From positions 631,792-695,791 of the forward strand of contig CAVXEU010000003.1 of NCBI GenBank assembly GCA_963760915.1: 64,000 bases of DNA. The letters run 5' to 3'. Source of the DNA: an uncultured Bacteroidales bacterium. GTDB lineage: Bacteria > Bacteroidota > Bacteroidia > Bacteroidales > VadinHA17. The notes beneath the pieces are model-generated. The model did no database searches and was not told the DNA's origin. It was given only the letters and a program-made list of their open reading frames with translations. The position numbers were made by a program, and so were the translations under genes. Positions 20,502 through 30,069 of this stretch are shown piece by piece (within the stretch, counting starts at the first letter, position 1; the number at the start of each line of letters is the position of its first letter).

Positions 20502-21109
20502 TGAGTATGGAAACAGAAATACACAGAGACGATCTTGCTTCCAAAACCGGAATGTGGTTTTTCCTCTTTACGGAGATGCTCCTATTCGGCGGGCTTTTTA
20601 TAGTTTACTCAGTTTACAGGTTCAGAAATGCTGAAGCATTTCATTTTGCTGCTGAGGAGCTTAGTGTGTTTATTGGGACAGCAAACACCATCATTCTCCT
20701 GATAAGCAGTTCCACCATTGCCATGTCAATAACAGCTCTGCGGTTAAATAACAAAAAACTCTCACTATTGCTTATTGGAATTACAATTTTTCTGGGTATT
20801 GCATTTCTTGTAAATAAGTATTTTGAATGGGGCGGACATATCAGGGAACATATTTATCCCGGTTCTCCTGTTCTTGCTCTCCGTGGTCAGGGAGATGTTC
20901 TTTTTTATGGATTGTACTTCTTTATGACCGGGCTGCATGCCCTGCATATAATAATCGGGCTTGTTTTTATTGGTTTTGTAACCGTAAAGATCATAAAGAA
21001 TAAAATAAATTCCGACAATTATGTTTTGTTTGAAAACAGCGGATTATACTGGCATCTTGTCGATCTTATATGGATCTTCCTCTTTCCCTTGTTTTATCTT
21101 ATTACCTGA
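20501..21109 (+). CDS. ctaE: cytochrome c oxidase subunit III
   Basis: 202 aa. It has a C-terminal YWHLVDLIWIFLFPLFY motif typical of subunit III. Confidence 0.85.
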   Translation: MSMETEIHRDDLASKTGMWFFLFTEMLLFGGLFIVYSVYRFRNAEAFHFAAEELSVFIGTANTIILLISSSTIAMSITALRLNNKKLSLLLIGITIFLGIAFLVNKYFEWGGHIREHIYPGSPVLALRGQGDVLFYGLYFFMTGLHALHIIIGLVFIGFVTVKIIKNKINSDNYVLFENSGLYWHLVDLIWIFLFPLFYLIT

Positions 21110-21114
21110 TATTT

Positions 21115-21408
21115 ATGGAACAAATTGATAATGCTAAAAGCCATATAATACCTTACAGGACATTTCTGAAAGTGCTGGCAGCCCTGATAGTCCTTGCACT
21201 TACTTCTGTTGCTCTCACCCAGATTTATCTTGGTACCCTTACTGTTGCCCTGGCGCTTATTATAGCAGTTATAAAATCCTCACTGGTTCTGCGTTACTTT
21301 ATGCATCTTAAGTTTGAGAGCAGGATGTTTACCATTGGGATCACAGCCGTAGCTCTGCTGATCGGCTCTGTAATTATAATAACCTTTCTTGACTACCTTT
21401 ATAGATAA
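21115..21408 (+). CDS. cytochrome c oxidase subunit IV (prokaryotic CoxIV family)
   Basis: About 97 aa from the internal Met (MEQIDNAKSH...). It has 3 TM helices and the motif SLVLRYFMHLKFE. The track start at 21070 overlaps ctaE and is unlikely. Confidence 0.7.
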   Translation: MEQIDNAKSHIIPYRTFLKVLAALIVLALTSVALTQIYLGTLTVALALIIAVIKSSLVLRYFMHLKFESRMFTIGITAVALLIGSVIIITFLDYLYR

Positions 21409-21413
21409 CAAGT

Positions 21414-22367
21414 ATGTACTCAACAACAGGAATTGATGCTTCAAACTATGTATCCACATTCGATACTGCATTCTATTTTATCGCAGGTATCTCATTGGTG
21501 TTCCTGATTGGCATTACTTTCCTGATGCTCTATTTTGTCTTCAGGTATAATAAGAAGAAGAATAAGACGGCAACCCAGATTGAAGGCAGTAATGTGCTGG
21601 AAACTGTCTGGACTGTCATTCCAACTCTTCTTGCACTGGCAATGTTTTATTTTGGCTGGGCAGGATGGAAGCCTATGACCGCCGTCCCAAAGGATGCCAT
21701 GAATATAACCAGTGTGGCAAGAATGTGGAACTTTTCCTTCACCTATGATAATGGCAAACAAAGTCCCGATCTTGTGGTGCCGGTAAATACCCCGGTTAAA
21801 ATTAACCTGGTTTCGCTTGATGTAATTCACAGCCTCTTTATTCCTGCATTCAGAATAAAATCCGATATGATCCCCGGAAGAGAAAAAGTTATGTGGTTTT
21901 TGCCTAAGAGTGAAGGCGATTATGATCTTTTCTGTGCGGAATATTGTGGTTTAAGGCACTCATACATGAATTCAACAGTAAAGGTACTGTCAAAGGAGAA
22001 ATTTGCCGCCTGGTACAAAGATACTACCTCTGTTGCAGCTACCACCACTGAGGCTTTAACACCCGCTGCCCAGGGATTTGCCATTATGAAAGCCCAGGGA
22101 TGCACTGCATGTCATTCATCTGACGGCTCCAAAATTGTAGGACCAAGCTATCTGCATCTTTATGGTAAACAACAGGTTGTTATACGCAATGGCGAAGAGG
22201 TAACAATCACTGTTGATGATGCATATATTAAACGGATGATACTGGATCCGGGTTATCAGGTAGTTAAGGGATTCCCGAAAGGGATAATGCAAAGTTATAA
22301 GGGTAAAGTGAGCGATGATGATATTGCAAAAATAGTTGAATACCTGAAATCACTAAATGAAAAATAA
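21414..22367 (+). CDS. ctaC: cytochrome c oxidase subunit II with C-terminal cytochrome c domain (caa3-type)
   Basis: It has two N-terminal TM helices, the CuA motif H...CAEYCGLRHSYM, and a C-terminal CTACH heme c site. Confidence 0.9.
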   Translation: MYSTTGIDASNYVSTFDTAFYFIAGISLVFLIGITFLMLYFVFRYNKKKNKTATQIEGSNVLETVWTVIPTLLALAMFYFGWAGWKPMTAVPKDAMNITSVARMWNFSFTYDNGKQSPDLVVPVNTPVKINLVSLDVIHSLFIPAFRIKSDMIPGREKVMWFLPKSEGDYDLFCAEYCGLRHSYMNSTVKVLSKEKFAAWYKDTTSVAATTTEALTPAAQGFAIMKAQGCTACHSSDGSKIVGPSYLHLYGKQQVVIRNGEEVTITVDDAYIKRMILDPGYQVVKGFPKGIMQSYKGKVSDDDIAKIVEYLKSLNEK

Positions 22368-23232
22368 TTCAGGAAAAAGAATTAAGTACTACTTTGAACT
22401 TGGCAAGCTAAAAATAATGATACCGGTAAGCCTTACGGGGTTTACCGGATATTTTGTTTTTGATCCACATATTTCTGCCGGATTGTTACTGACAACTTTT
22501 GGGATTCTGCTTTTAGCGGTCTCTGCTTCTGTTCTTAACCAGATACAGGAGGTTAAAACGGACAGCATGATGAACAGGACAATGAACCGGCCTCTTCCGG
22601 CAGGCAATATTGATATGAGGCATGCTGTTCTGTTCTTCTTTGCTACCCTTATTGCAGGTACATCTATTCTTTTCATATGGGGAAATCTCGGCGCTTCCCT
22701 TACCGGAATATTTACCATATTCTGGTATAATGGAGTATACACTTATTCCAAAAGAATTACTGCCTTTGCAGTGGTTCCGGGAGCTGTCACAGGAGCATTG
22801 CCTCCGCTTATCGGATGGGTTGCTGCTGGGGGAGGATTCTGGGATAAGCCAATTATATTCATTGAATTTTTGCTCTTTACCGGTCAGATACCACACTTCT
22901 GGCTTCTTATCCTTAAATACGGCGAAGAATATAAAAATGCAGGACTTCCAAGTCTCACTTCGCTATTGAGTAATACCCAGATAAGGAGGCTTACCTTCAC
23001 CTGGATAATCACCTCAGTGATTGCAGCTGTTTTCCTGTGCTATTTTGGTGTTTTTCAGACCGGACCTGTTATCGCCATACTCCTGATCGCTTCAGCTTTA
23101 ATGATCTGGCAATTTCTAGACCTTCTAAAATCCGGAGGTCCCAATATAAATTACAGACGTCATTCAATACTACTTGATGCATATTTCCTTCTGGTCCTTC
23201 TTCTGTTAATTTCAGACAGGATAATTACATGA
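22357..23232 (+). CDS. cyoE: protoheme IX farnesyltransferase (heme O synthase)
   Basis: UbiA-family polytopic protein with the motif NQIQEVKTDSMMNRTMNRPLPAG. Confidence 0.85.
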   Translation: MKNNSGKRIKYYFELGKLKIMIPVSLTGFTGYFVFDPHISAGLLLTTFGILLLAVSASVLNQIQEVKTDSMMNRTMNRPLPAGNIDMRHAVLFFFATLIAGTSILFIWGNLGASLTGIFTIFWYNGVYTYSKRITAFAVVPGAVTGALPPLIGWVAAGGGFWDKPIIFIEFLLFTGQIPHFWLLILKYGEEYKNAGLPSLTSLLSNTQIRRLTFTWIITSVIAAVFLCYFGVFQTGPVIAILLIASALMIWQFLDLLKSGGPNINYRRHSILLDAYFLLVLLLLISDRIIT

Positions 23233-23256
23233 TCCTTTTATCCCTATCTTTTTTTA

Positions 23257-23324
23257 CCACGGATGCACGGATTAACACGGATTAAAAATCCGTGCTTTCT
23301 CCGTGTTCTCCGTGAAATCCGTGG
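23257..23324. repeat. heptad palindromic element: CACGGAT x3, loop, (A/C)TCCGTG x4
   Basis: Read directly: ccacggat g cacggat taa cacggat taaaa atccgtg ctttc tccgtg ttc tccgtg aaa tccgtgg. It lies between the convergent ctaB and actF stops. Confidence 0.9.
23276..23294. terminator. candidate bidirectional hairpin terminator
   Basis: It is a perfect 7-bp stem, CACGGAT-TAAAA-ATCCGTG, in the 130-bp gap between convergent operons. The flanking A/T runs are modest. Confidence 0.4.
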
Positions 23325-23362
23325 TTAATTATTTATTTTTCTCTTGCTCTTTTTCAAATCCG

Positions 23363-24541
23363 TTAAAACTTGTGATGCATGCTTTCCTCTAGATACGGAT
23401 GATTGAACGGTATTATCGTGGCCTTACTCAGAGTCCTTACAACTACGAAAGCAAACAAACCTGCATAGCCGAGGAACAAACCTGCTGCGACCCAACCGAA
23501 TTTTAACAATCCTGTTGTTCCCGGGATTATCTGCACAAAGAGGTCAACATACTGCCCTATGACCAGAAATACAATTACAAAGAAAATTACCGTCATATTC
23601 CTGCTGGTTTTGACCGGTAGAAGCAGCATAAAGGGCACGCCCCAGTTAAGTCCGATCTCAAGGAAAAACATAATCTTCCAGCCATTCTGCCAGCGCACAA
23701 AGAAGTAGGCTGTTTCCTGGGGAATGTTTCCGTACCATATGATCATAAACTGTGCAAACCAGAAATATCCCCATACGATCGAAAGCATGAAAATATATCT
23801 TGCAAAATCGTGCATATGATACTTATTAAAGAATGGGAAATATCCCCTTTTATAAAGAATGAAAATTATAAGTGTCAGTATGGATACCCCATGCAAAAAG
23901 GCTGCAATCAGATTCTTCAGGGCGAAAAGGGTACTGTACCAATGCACGTCAATTGACATTATCCAGTCGATGGCAGAGAATGAAAAAGTTGAGGCCAGAA
24001 CGAAGAGGAATATCTTTGAATAGAGCTCAATCTTTCCCGTAAGAAACATGATCCCATTCGTATCTGTAGGATTTGCTAAATCTTCGTTCAGAGAAAGCTT
24101 TCTTAATTTAACGATTAACAGAATCCAGAGTGTAAAGTATAAAATCATCCTTGCAAAGAAGAACGGGGTATTAAGGAACGCCGACTTGTGACGGATTAAT
24201 GGATCAAGCTCCACGGCACCTTTATGAGTCCACTGATAAAGATCGTTCATCCCGAAAAACAGAATAAGAAAAAAAACCGAAGCGATTGGGATATATGACA
24301 TCATTGCTTCAGAAACACGCTGAAATGCCGATGACCATCCAGACTGGGAAATACTCTGAATTGCAAAAAAGAAAGCTGCGCCTATGGCCAGCGAAAGAAA
24401 ATAATAATTTACAAGAAGATAATGGGCCCATGTTAACTGATGATCGGTAAACAGTCCAATAATGAAACTTCCGGCTCCCAGTACAATCAGCACGATGGTA
24501 ATTATTTTGAAGTTTCGGGACATGGATATTTGCTCCTTCAT
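23363..24541 (-). CDS. actF: Alternative Complex III subunit ActF (quinol:cytochrome c oxidoreductase membrane subunit)
   Basis: 392-aa polytopic membrane protein and the last gene of the act operon. It overlaps actE by 4 nt. Confidence 0.75.
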   Translation of the reverse strand: MKEQISMSRNFKIITIVLIVLGAGSFIIGLFTDHQLTWAHYLLVNYYFLSLAIGAAFFFAIQSISQSGWSSAFQRVSEAMMSYIPIASVFFLILFFGMNDLYQWTHKGAVELDPLIRHKSAFLNTPFFFARMILYFTLWILLIVKLRKLSLNEDLANPTDTNGIMFLTGKIELYSKIFLFVLASTFSFSAIDWIMSIDVHWYSTLFALKNLIAAFLHGVSILTLIIFILYKRGYFPFFNKYHMHDFARYIFMLSIVWGYFWFAQFMIIWYGNIPQETAYFFVRWQNGWKIMFFLEIGLNWGVPFMLLLPVKTSRNMTVIFFVIVFLVIGQYVDLFVQIIPGTTGLLKFGWVAAGLFLGYAGLFAFVVVRTLSKATIIPFNHPYLEESMHHKF

Positions 24542-25155
24542 TTCTTGTTTTCCTCCGGTTTATTTTCTGAAATGCTTCCTGCTTCTTCCTGAAGTTTCCT
24601 GATGTATAGCACCAGTTTCCATCTGTCCTCAGGTTGTATCTGCGATCCGTGCGCACCCATCGTACCAAAACCCAGGGTTATCGTATGATATATCTCCCCG
24701 TCTTTCAACGCAGCGCCTGTTTCTCCTGAAATGTCAAATGGTTTCATAGGATATAAGCCACTTGTATAAAGATGTCCTTCTCCATTGCCTGAGACACCAT
24801 GGCAACCGATACAGAATGTAGTATAGATTTCCCTGCCTCTGGAAAGAACCTCAGGGGTGGGTGAAAAGGGGTTAACAAGCTCCATCCCGGCTTTTATCCT
24901 CGATTCGGGATCGATAGTATAACCGAAAGGGATAAAACCCCTTGGAACTGTCCCGGTTGCAGGCACTCTCATTGTCATTCCGTCCTTAAAATTCGGATTT
25001 GGCGTAAAAGTCTTATAAGCCGCAGAATAAAACATATCCGGGAAATAATCCCATCCCGGATTATTTCTTGTCCTGTTACACCCAAACAGAATGACTGAAA
25101 CAAGTATAATAAGAATTGTTTTATTACCAGGTATTTGCATTATAGTCTTTTTCAT
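24538..25155 (-). CDS. actE: Alternative Complex III monoheme cytochrome c ActE (lipoprotein)
   Basis: 205 aa with the lipobox LFGC and a single CIGCH heme motif. Confidence 0.8.
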   Translation of the reverse strand: MKKTIMQIPGNKTILIILVSVILFGCNRTRNNPGWDYFPDMFYSAAYKTFTPNPNFKDGMTMRVPATGTVPRGFIPFGYTIDPESRIKAGMELVNPFSPTPEVLSRGREIYTTFCIGCHGVSGNGEGHLYTSGLYPMKPFDISGETGAALKDGEIYHTITLGFGTMGAHGSQIQPEDRWKLVLYIRKLQEEAGSISENKPEENKK

Positions 25156-25685
25156 GCTTTTACACTTTCATACTCTTTTTCCAGGACATCAACTGCACCC
25201 TGTTCATCCATCAGCTTACCGGCACCGGCAGCTGATGATAAATCGAGGACTTGTGTTTCTACAACAATCACAAACTTATCATCTGTTGCTTCCGGAACAA
25301 AAATTGTATTATCACGGCCCGGAAAAAGTTTTGAGCGGGCTGAAAATACTGCAAGGCTCGCAATGGTCACAGTAAGAATTGTCAAAACAATCGTAATGAC
25401 AATAAATGAAGGAAATGAATTAACAGGTTTCCCTCCATAAACAACAGGCCAGTTTATGACAGAAGTCCAGTAAAGAAATGCCAGGGTTGAAAGAATGCCA
25501 AACAGGCCGAAAAAATATGCTGCGGTAGGAAGTTTTGATTTTCGCTTCAACAAATGAAATACTTCTGTTACCGGATATGGCGTGAATACTTCAAAGATCT
25601 GGTAGCCCTTTTCCTGCAGCAATTTAACAGAGGAAAGAAACTTGTCCTCATCATCGAATATCCCTATTTTAAAAGATCTGGCCAT
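25152..25685 (-). CDS. actD: Alternative Complex III subunit ActD (DUF3341-like)
   Basis: 177 aa with two central TM helices. It sits between actC and actE, with 4-nt overlaps. Confidence 0.7.
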   Translation of the reverse strand: MARSFKIGIFDDEDKFLSSVKLLQEKGYQIFEVFTPYPVTEVFHLLKRKSKLPTAAYFFGLFGILSTLAFLYWTSVINWPVVYGGKPVNSFPSFIVITIVLTILTVTIASLAVFSARSKLFPGRDNTIFVPEATDDKFVIVVETQVLDLSSAAGAGKLMDEQGAVDVLEKEYESVKA

Positions 25686-25697
25686 AATTATACCATG

Positions 25698-27059
25698 TTA
25701 ATCCTCAGTTTTTTTACCAATTTGCGATACCCCCTTCAATTCACTTATTGCCATCATCGGAATATATCTCATGAAAAGAAGCACCCCGGATGCAAAAAGT
25801 CCTATAGTCCCGACAAATACGCCGATATCTATAACTGTGGGAGTGTAAGATACCCAGTTGGAGGGCAGGAAATCTCTATTGAGCGAGGTCACAACAATAT
25901 TAAATCTCTCGAACCACATTCCGAAGTTAATAAAAAGTGAAACTGCCAGCAGGCTGACCCAGTTTCTTCGTAATTTCCGGAACCAGAAAAGCTGCGGAAT
26001 TATTGCATTGCATGTAACCATTGCCCAGAACTGGAAAGTATATTCGCCGGTAATCCTGTTCCTGAAAAATGTAAACATCTCAAACTCATTGCCTGAATAC
26101 CATGCAACAAAGACTTCGGTTATATAGGCAGTACCCATGATAAGTGAAATGAAGATAAGTATCCGGGCAATGGCATCCATATGATTATCAGTGATGTAAT
26201 CGGTTAGCTTATAAATTTTCCTTATCAGAACCATAAGCGTCATGACCATTGCAAATCCCGAGAAAATCGCTCCAACGACGAAGAATGGAGGGAAGATAGT
26301 TGAATGCCAGCCCGGTTCTATTCCTACTGCAAAGTCGGTAGCAACTATTGAGTGGACCGAAACAACGAGTACTGCAGCTATACCCCCGAGTATAAAGCTG
26401 AGAGCCTCAAATCTAATCCATTGCCGGCTTGAACCTGTCCATCCAAGACTGAAAAAACCATAAATGGCTTTCCTTATTTTCGAGGTAGTCCTGTCACGAA
26501 TTGTTCCCAGATCGGGCAACATTCCAAGGTACCAGAATGAAACTGATATTATCAGGTAGGCAGTAATAGCCGTGAAATCCCAGAAAAGAGGAGAGTTATA
26601 ATTAACCCATAATGGTCCCCGGGTATTAGGATAAGGAAAAATAAAAAATGCAAGCCATACCCTTCCCATATGCAAGGTCGGAAAGAGAGCAGCGCATAGA
26701 ACTGCAAAAACAGTCATAGCTTCAGCTGCCCTGTTAATCGATGTCCTCCATCGTTGCCGGAGTACGAGAAGGAAAATAGAAAATGCCGTTCCGGCATGTC
26801 CTATCCCGATCCACCATACAAAATTGATGATCGCCCATCCCCATGCGACAGAATTATTTACTCCCCAGGTTCCTATGCCTTTGTAAACAGTTATGTAAAT
26901 AGAGTAAACCCCAAACAGCGTTGCTGCCGAGGCTATTCCAAAAGCAATAGTCCACCAAAGCCCCGGAGCCTTTTCAAGGGGATTGATTACCTCCCTGGAA
27001 ATCTGACCGAATGTCTTATTCCCTTCAATCAGGGGTCCTCTGATCTTTCTGTTATACAT
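25698..27059 (-). CDS. actC: Alternative Complex III quinol-binding membrane subunit ActC (NrfD/PsrC family)
   Basis: 453-aa protein with about 10 TM helices, of NrfD-like composition, directly downstream of the Fe-S/molybdopterin-like subunit. Confidence 0.85.
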   Translation of the reverse strand: MYNRKIRGPLIEGNKTFGQISREVINPLEKAPGLWWTIAFGIASAATLFGVYSIYITVYKGIGTWGVNNSVAWGWAIINFVWWIGIGHAGTAFSIFLLVLRQRWRTSINRAAEAMTVFAVLCAALFPTLHMGRVWLAFFIFPYPNTRGPLWVNYNSPLFWDFTAITAYLIISVSFWYLGMLPDLGTIRDRTTSKIRKAIYGFFSLGWTGSSRQWIRFEALSFILGGIAAVLVVSVHSIVATDFAVGIEPGWHSTIFPPFFVVGAIFSGFAMVMTLMVLIRKIYKLTDYITDNHMDAIARILIFISLIMGTAYITEVFVAWYSGNEFEMFTFFRNRITGEYTFQFWAMVTCNAIIPQLFWFRKLRRNWVSLLAVSLFINFGMWFERFNIVVTSLNRDFLPSNWVSYTPTVIDIGVFVGTIGLFASGVLLFMRYIPMMAISELKGVSQIGKKTED

Positions 27060-27078
27060 CGGCTACCTTCAGATTATT

Positions 27079-30042
27079 TTAAGATTTATTTGTTTCATCA
27101 TTCCTTACTTTGGTCAGATACCCGATTGAAGGCAGGGTATGCAACTCTTCCAGCAAATTGTAACGCCGCGGATCGCTGAACAACCCGGAAACTTTACTAT
27201 TCTTATCATTCAGGTTTCCAAATATTATAGCCTGCGAAGGACAGGCCTGCATACAGGCTGTCTTTATTTCATAATCTTTAAGAGTCCTGTTTTCCAGTTT
27301 AGCCTGCAATTTTTTCTCCTGTATCCTCTGAACACAGAAAGAACATTTTTCCACTACACCTCTCTCTCTGACAGTTACATCGGGATTAAGAACCATTTTC
27401 CCAAGTTCTGATGCAGTATTAAAATCGAATACCTTATTATTGGTATAACGGTACCAGTTAAACCGTCTTACCTTATAAGGACAGTTGTTAATACAGTATT
27501 TGGTGCCCACGCAACGGTTGTAAGTCATCTGGTTCAACCCTTCACTGCTATGATTGGTGGCTGAAACCGGACAGACATTCTCGCAGGGAGCGTTATCGCA
27601 GTGCTGACATGTCAGTGGCTGGAAGTAAACTTTCGGATCGTCAGGTGATTCCGAATAATACCTGTCTATCTTAATCCAGTGCATTATCCTTCTGTTTATC
27701 ACCTCCGATTTCCCAACAACAGGGATATTGTTCTCAGCCTGGCATGCAATGACACATGAGTTGCAGCCAACACACAAGTTAAGGTCTATTGCAAGTCCCC
27801 AGTGAAATCCATCATATTTAACATCAGGGTACAATGTTCTGTGTGATGATTCAAACTCCTTGTGGAACTCATTACCGGAGGAAGGATCTTCCTTATATTT
27901 ACTAAGGACAGTATCTCTGGCTATTTGTCTGCCTTCCATTAAATAGTGAACCTGTGTAAGAGCCAGGGTGGTTTGCTTTAGGGTGTTTTCAATCTTTTCC
28001 ACTGCAAATCCATATATTCTGTTCCCGTTGATCATTCTGACAAACGGATACATATTTACCCCGATACCGGTGCAGACAGGACCTGCATTCGTATGTCCGT
28101 AACCGAGGCTTACAGATATTGTACCGTCTGCCTGACCGGGCTGAATGAATACCGGCAGTATCAATCCGTCAGAAAGCTTTATTAAGTCCCCGGTCTTAAC
28201 ACCCAATTTTCCGGCATCATCGACCGACAGTGCAGCAACGTTTTCCCAGCATTGACGTGCGACGGGATCAGGTAATTCCATTAACCATGGATTATTCGCA
28301 TGCATACCTGTACCAAGGGTAACACTTTCAGAAATAATGACTTCGTATCCACCTGCCTCATTAACTGAGGGTGATACTGCCGCTTTTAAAAGCACTTCAT
28401 TTCTGAATGATGACAACTTCTGTTCCGGTACATTATAGCTGAAGACTCCGTTTCCCAGGGCTTCATTCCAGAATTTACTGAAATCGGAAGCACCGGAATG
28501 AGGAAAGTACATCTTTTCCCAGTTCGCAATCAGATAATCGTGATAAAGCATTGAATTACCTGACCATTTCAATAAAGAATCCTGAAATGAACGGGTATTA
28601 AATACAGGATTGATACATGGCTGACTTAAGCTAAGCTGTCCGGGAGTAATCTCAGCGTCGTCCCATGATTCAAGAAAGTGATTTACAGGACATTCATACT
28701 TTGAATTTCCGACAGTTTCATTTAAAGTAACTGCCATATTTACTGTCAGTTCTGTATTAGTTAACCCTTTAAGGAACTTATCCGCTTCGGGGTAGTCAAA
28801 TACCGGATTGACATTATACATCAATAATGCCTTAATTTTGCCCGCACTCAGGTCTGTCACCAGATCATCCATTACGGAGTCAATTCCGGAGGAGATATTG
28901 ATATTATTGTTAAGATCTATACAGCCGGTATAATTTGCCAGAAGAGAATTAATGCCATTGACAATGATCTGAATATCTGTGTTACTGGAACCGGATATAA
29001 CCACCGATCTTCCCCTGGCTGCAATAAGATCATCTGCCAGACCTGACAGATCTTCTTTAAAACTATTTCCCGGGACCTTCTCACCTCCTGTTTTTTCAGC
29101 AATCTTATTATACAGATCAAGAAGAAGGGTTTTCTCTTCAGATGGTCTGATCCTCTTCCTTATATCAGCATTGGCTCCCGTGAGGCTCATTCCCGATTCA
29201 AAATGAATATGGCGGAGCATCTCTTTTTCACCGCTGTTCAGGCTTCGTGCGGAGGCATAAGCCGGAATGAAATGAACAGGAGATATCCAGGTACCCAGAA
29301 AATCTGCATTAACTGAAACAACCAGCTTAGCTTTATTAAAATGATAATCAGGAATTACAGCCTTTCCGAAACATAAAGAATTGGCTTCCAGAACTGCAGA
29401 ATATGATACTGCATCGTATTTCACCCATCTGAAGTTTTTAAAACCGGCGCCGAATTCACTTATCAGTTTCATTGTAGTGGGTGAAATGATGCTTGACGAA
29501 AGCAGCACTATATCTCCACCACCGGTATTAATGGAAGCAAGCTTACTCATGATCTGTTCATCAACTGCATCCCAGCTGGCAGGTGAATTATCAGCTGCCG
29601 GACCTTTCAGGCGGGCATCGTCATAAAGGCTTAGAACAGATGCCTGCACTCTGGCAGTGGTTCCCTCCCTGTTGAAGGCAGAAAGAAGATTGCCTTCAAT
29701 TTTAATCGGACGTCCGTCGCGGGTTTTTACAAGAATAGAGGCATATTCATGACCATCATAAAAACCTGATGCATAATACAGAGCTTTCCCCGGAATAATT
29801 TCAGGCGGCTGATTAACATATGGCAGGGCATGTTGAATCGGCCTTCTGCAACTGGCAAGTATTGCTGCTGAAGCAAAGCTGAATCCGACAACTTTTAAAA
29901 AGTCTCTTCTGGAAGTACTTCGTCCGGCAAGCTTTTCTCCGGCAAATTCAGGCAGAATTTCCTTAATGCGCTCCTCTTTATTTTCAGAATCCCCTGAAGC
30001 CCGGCCATTAATTTCTTCCATATCATTAAGTTCTGTATTCAT
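27079..30042 (-). CDS. actB: Alternative Complex III subunit ActB (Tat-variant molybdopterin-oxidoreductase-like plus 4Fe-4S ferredoxin domains)
   Basis: 987 aa with the Tat motif SRRDFLKVVGF. The C-terminal part has Fe-S motifs CVGCNSCVIAC, CQHCDNAPCENVCP, CVGTKYCINNCP and CMQACP. Confidence 0.9.
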   Translation of the reverse strand: MNTELNDMEEINGRASGDSENKEERIKEILPEFAGEKLAGRSTSRRDFLKVVGFSFASAAILASCRRPIQHALPYVNQPPEIIPGKALYYASGFYDGHEYASILVKTRDGRPIKIEGNLLSAFNREGTTARVQASVLSLYDDARLKGPAADNSPASWDAVDEQIMSKLASINTGGGDIVLLSSSIISPTTMKLISEFGAGFKNFRWVKYDAVSYSAVLEANSLCFGKAVIPDYHFNKAKLVVSVNADFLGTWISPVHFIPAYASARSLNSGEKEMLRHIHFESGMSLTGANADIRKRIRPSEEKTLLLDLYNKIAEKTGGEKVPGNSFKEDLSGLADDLIAARGRSVVISGSSNTDIQIIVNGINSLLANYTGCIDLNNNINISSGIDSVMDDLVTDLSAGKIKALLMYNVNPVFDYPEADKFLKGLTNTELTVNMAVTLNETVGNSKYECPVNHFLESWDDAEITPGQLSLSQPCINPVFNTRSFQDSLLKWSGNSMLYHDYLIANWEKMYFPHSGASDFSKFWNEALGNGVFSYNVPEQKLSSFRNEVLLKAAVSPSVNEAGGYEVIISESVTLGTGMHANNPWLMELPDPVARQCWENVAALSVDDAGKLGVKTGDLIKLSDGLILPVFIQPGQADGTISVSLGYGHTNAGPVCTGIGVNMYPFVRMINGNRIYGFAVEKIENTLKQTTLALTQVHYLMEGRQIARDTVLSKYKEDPSSGNEFHKEFESSHRTLYPDVKYDGFHWGLAIDLNLCVGCNSCVIACQAENNIPVVGKSEVINRRIMHWIKIDRYYSESPDDPKVYFQPLTCQHCDNAPCENVCPVSATNHSSEGLNQMTYNRCVGTKYCINNCPYKVRRFNWYRYTNNKVFDFNTASELGKMVLNPDVTVRERGVVEKCSFCVQRIQEKKLQAKLENRTLKDYEIKTACMQACPSQAIIFGNLNDKNSKVSGLFSDPRRYNLLEELHTLPSIGYLTKVRNDETNKS

Positions 30043-30069
30043 ACTCAGGCAATATTCCTGATTTTTAAA

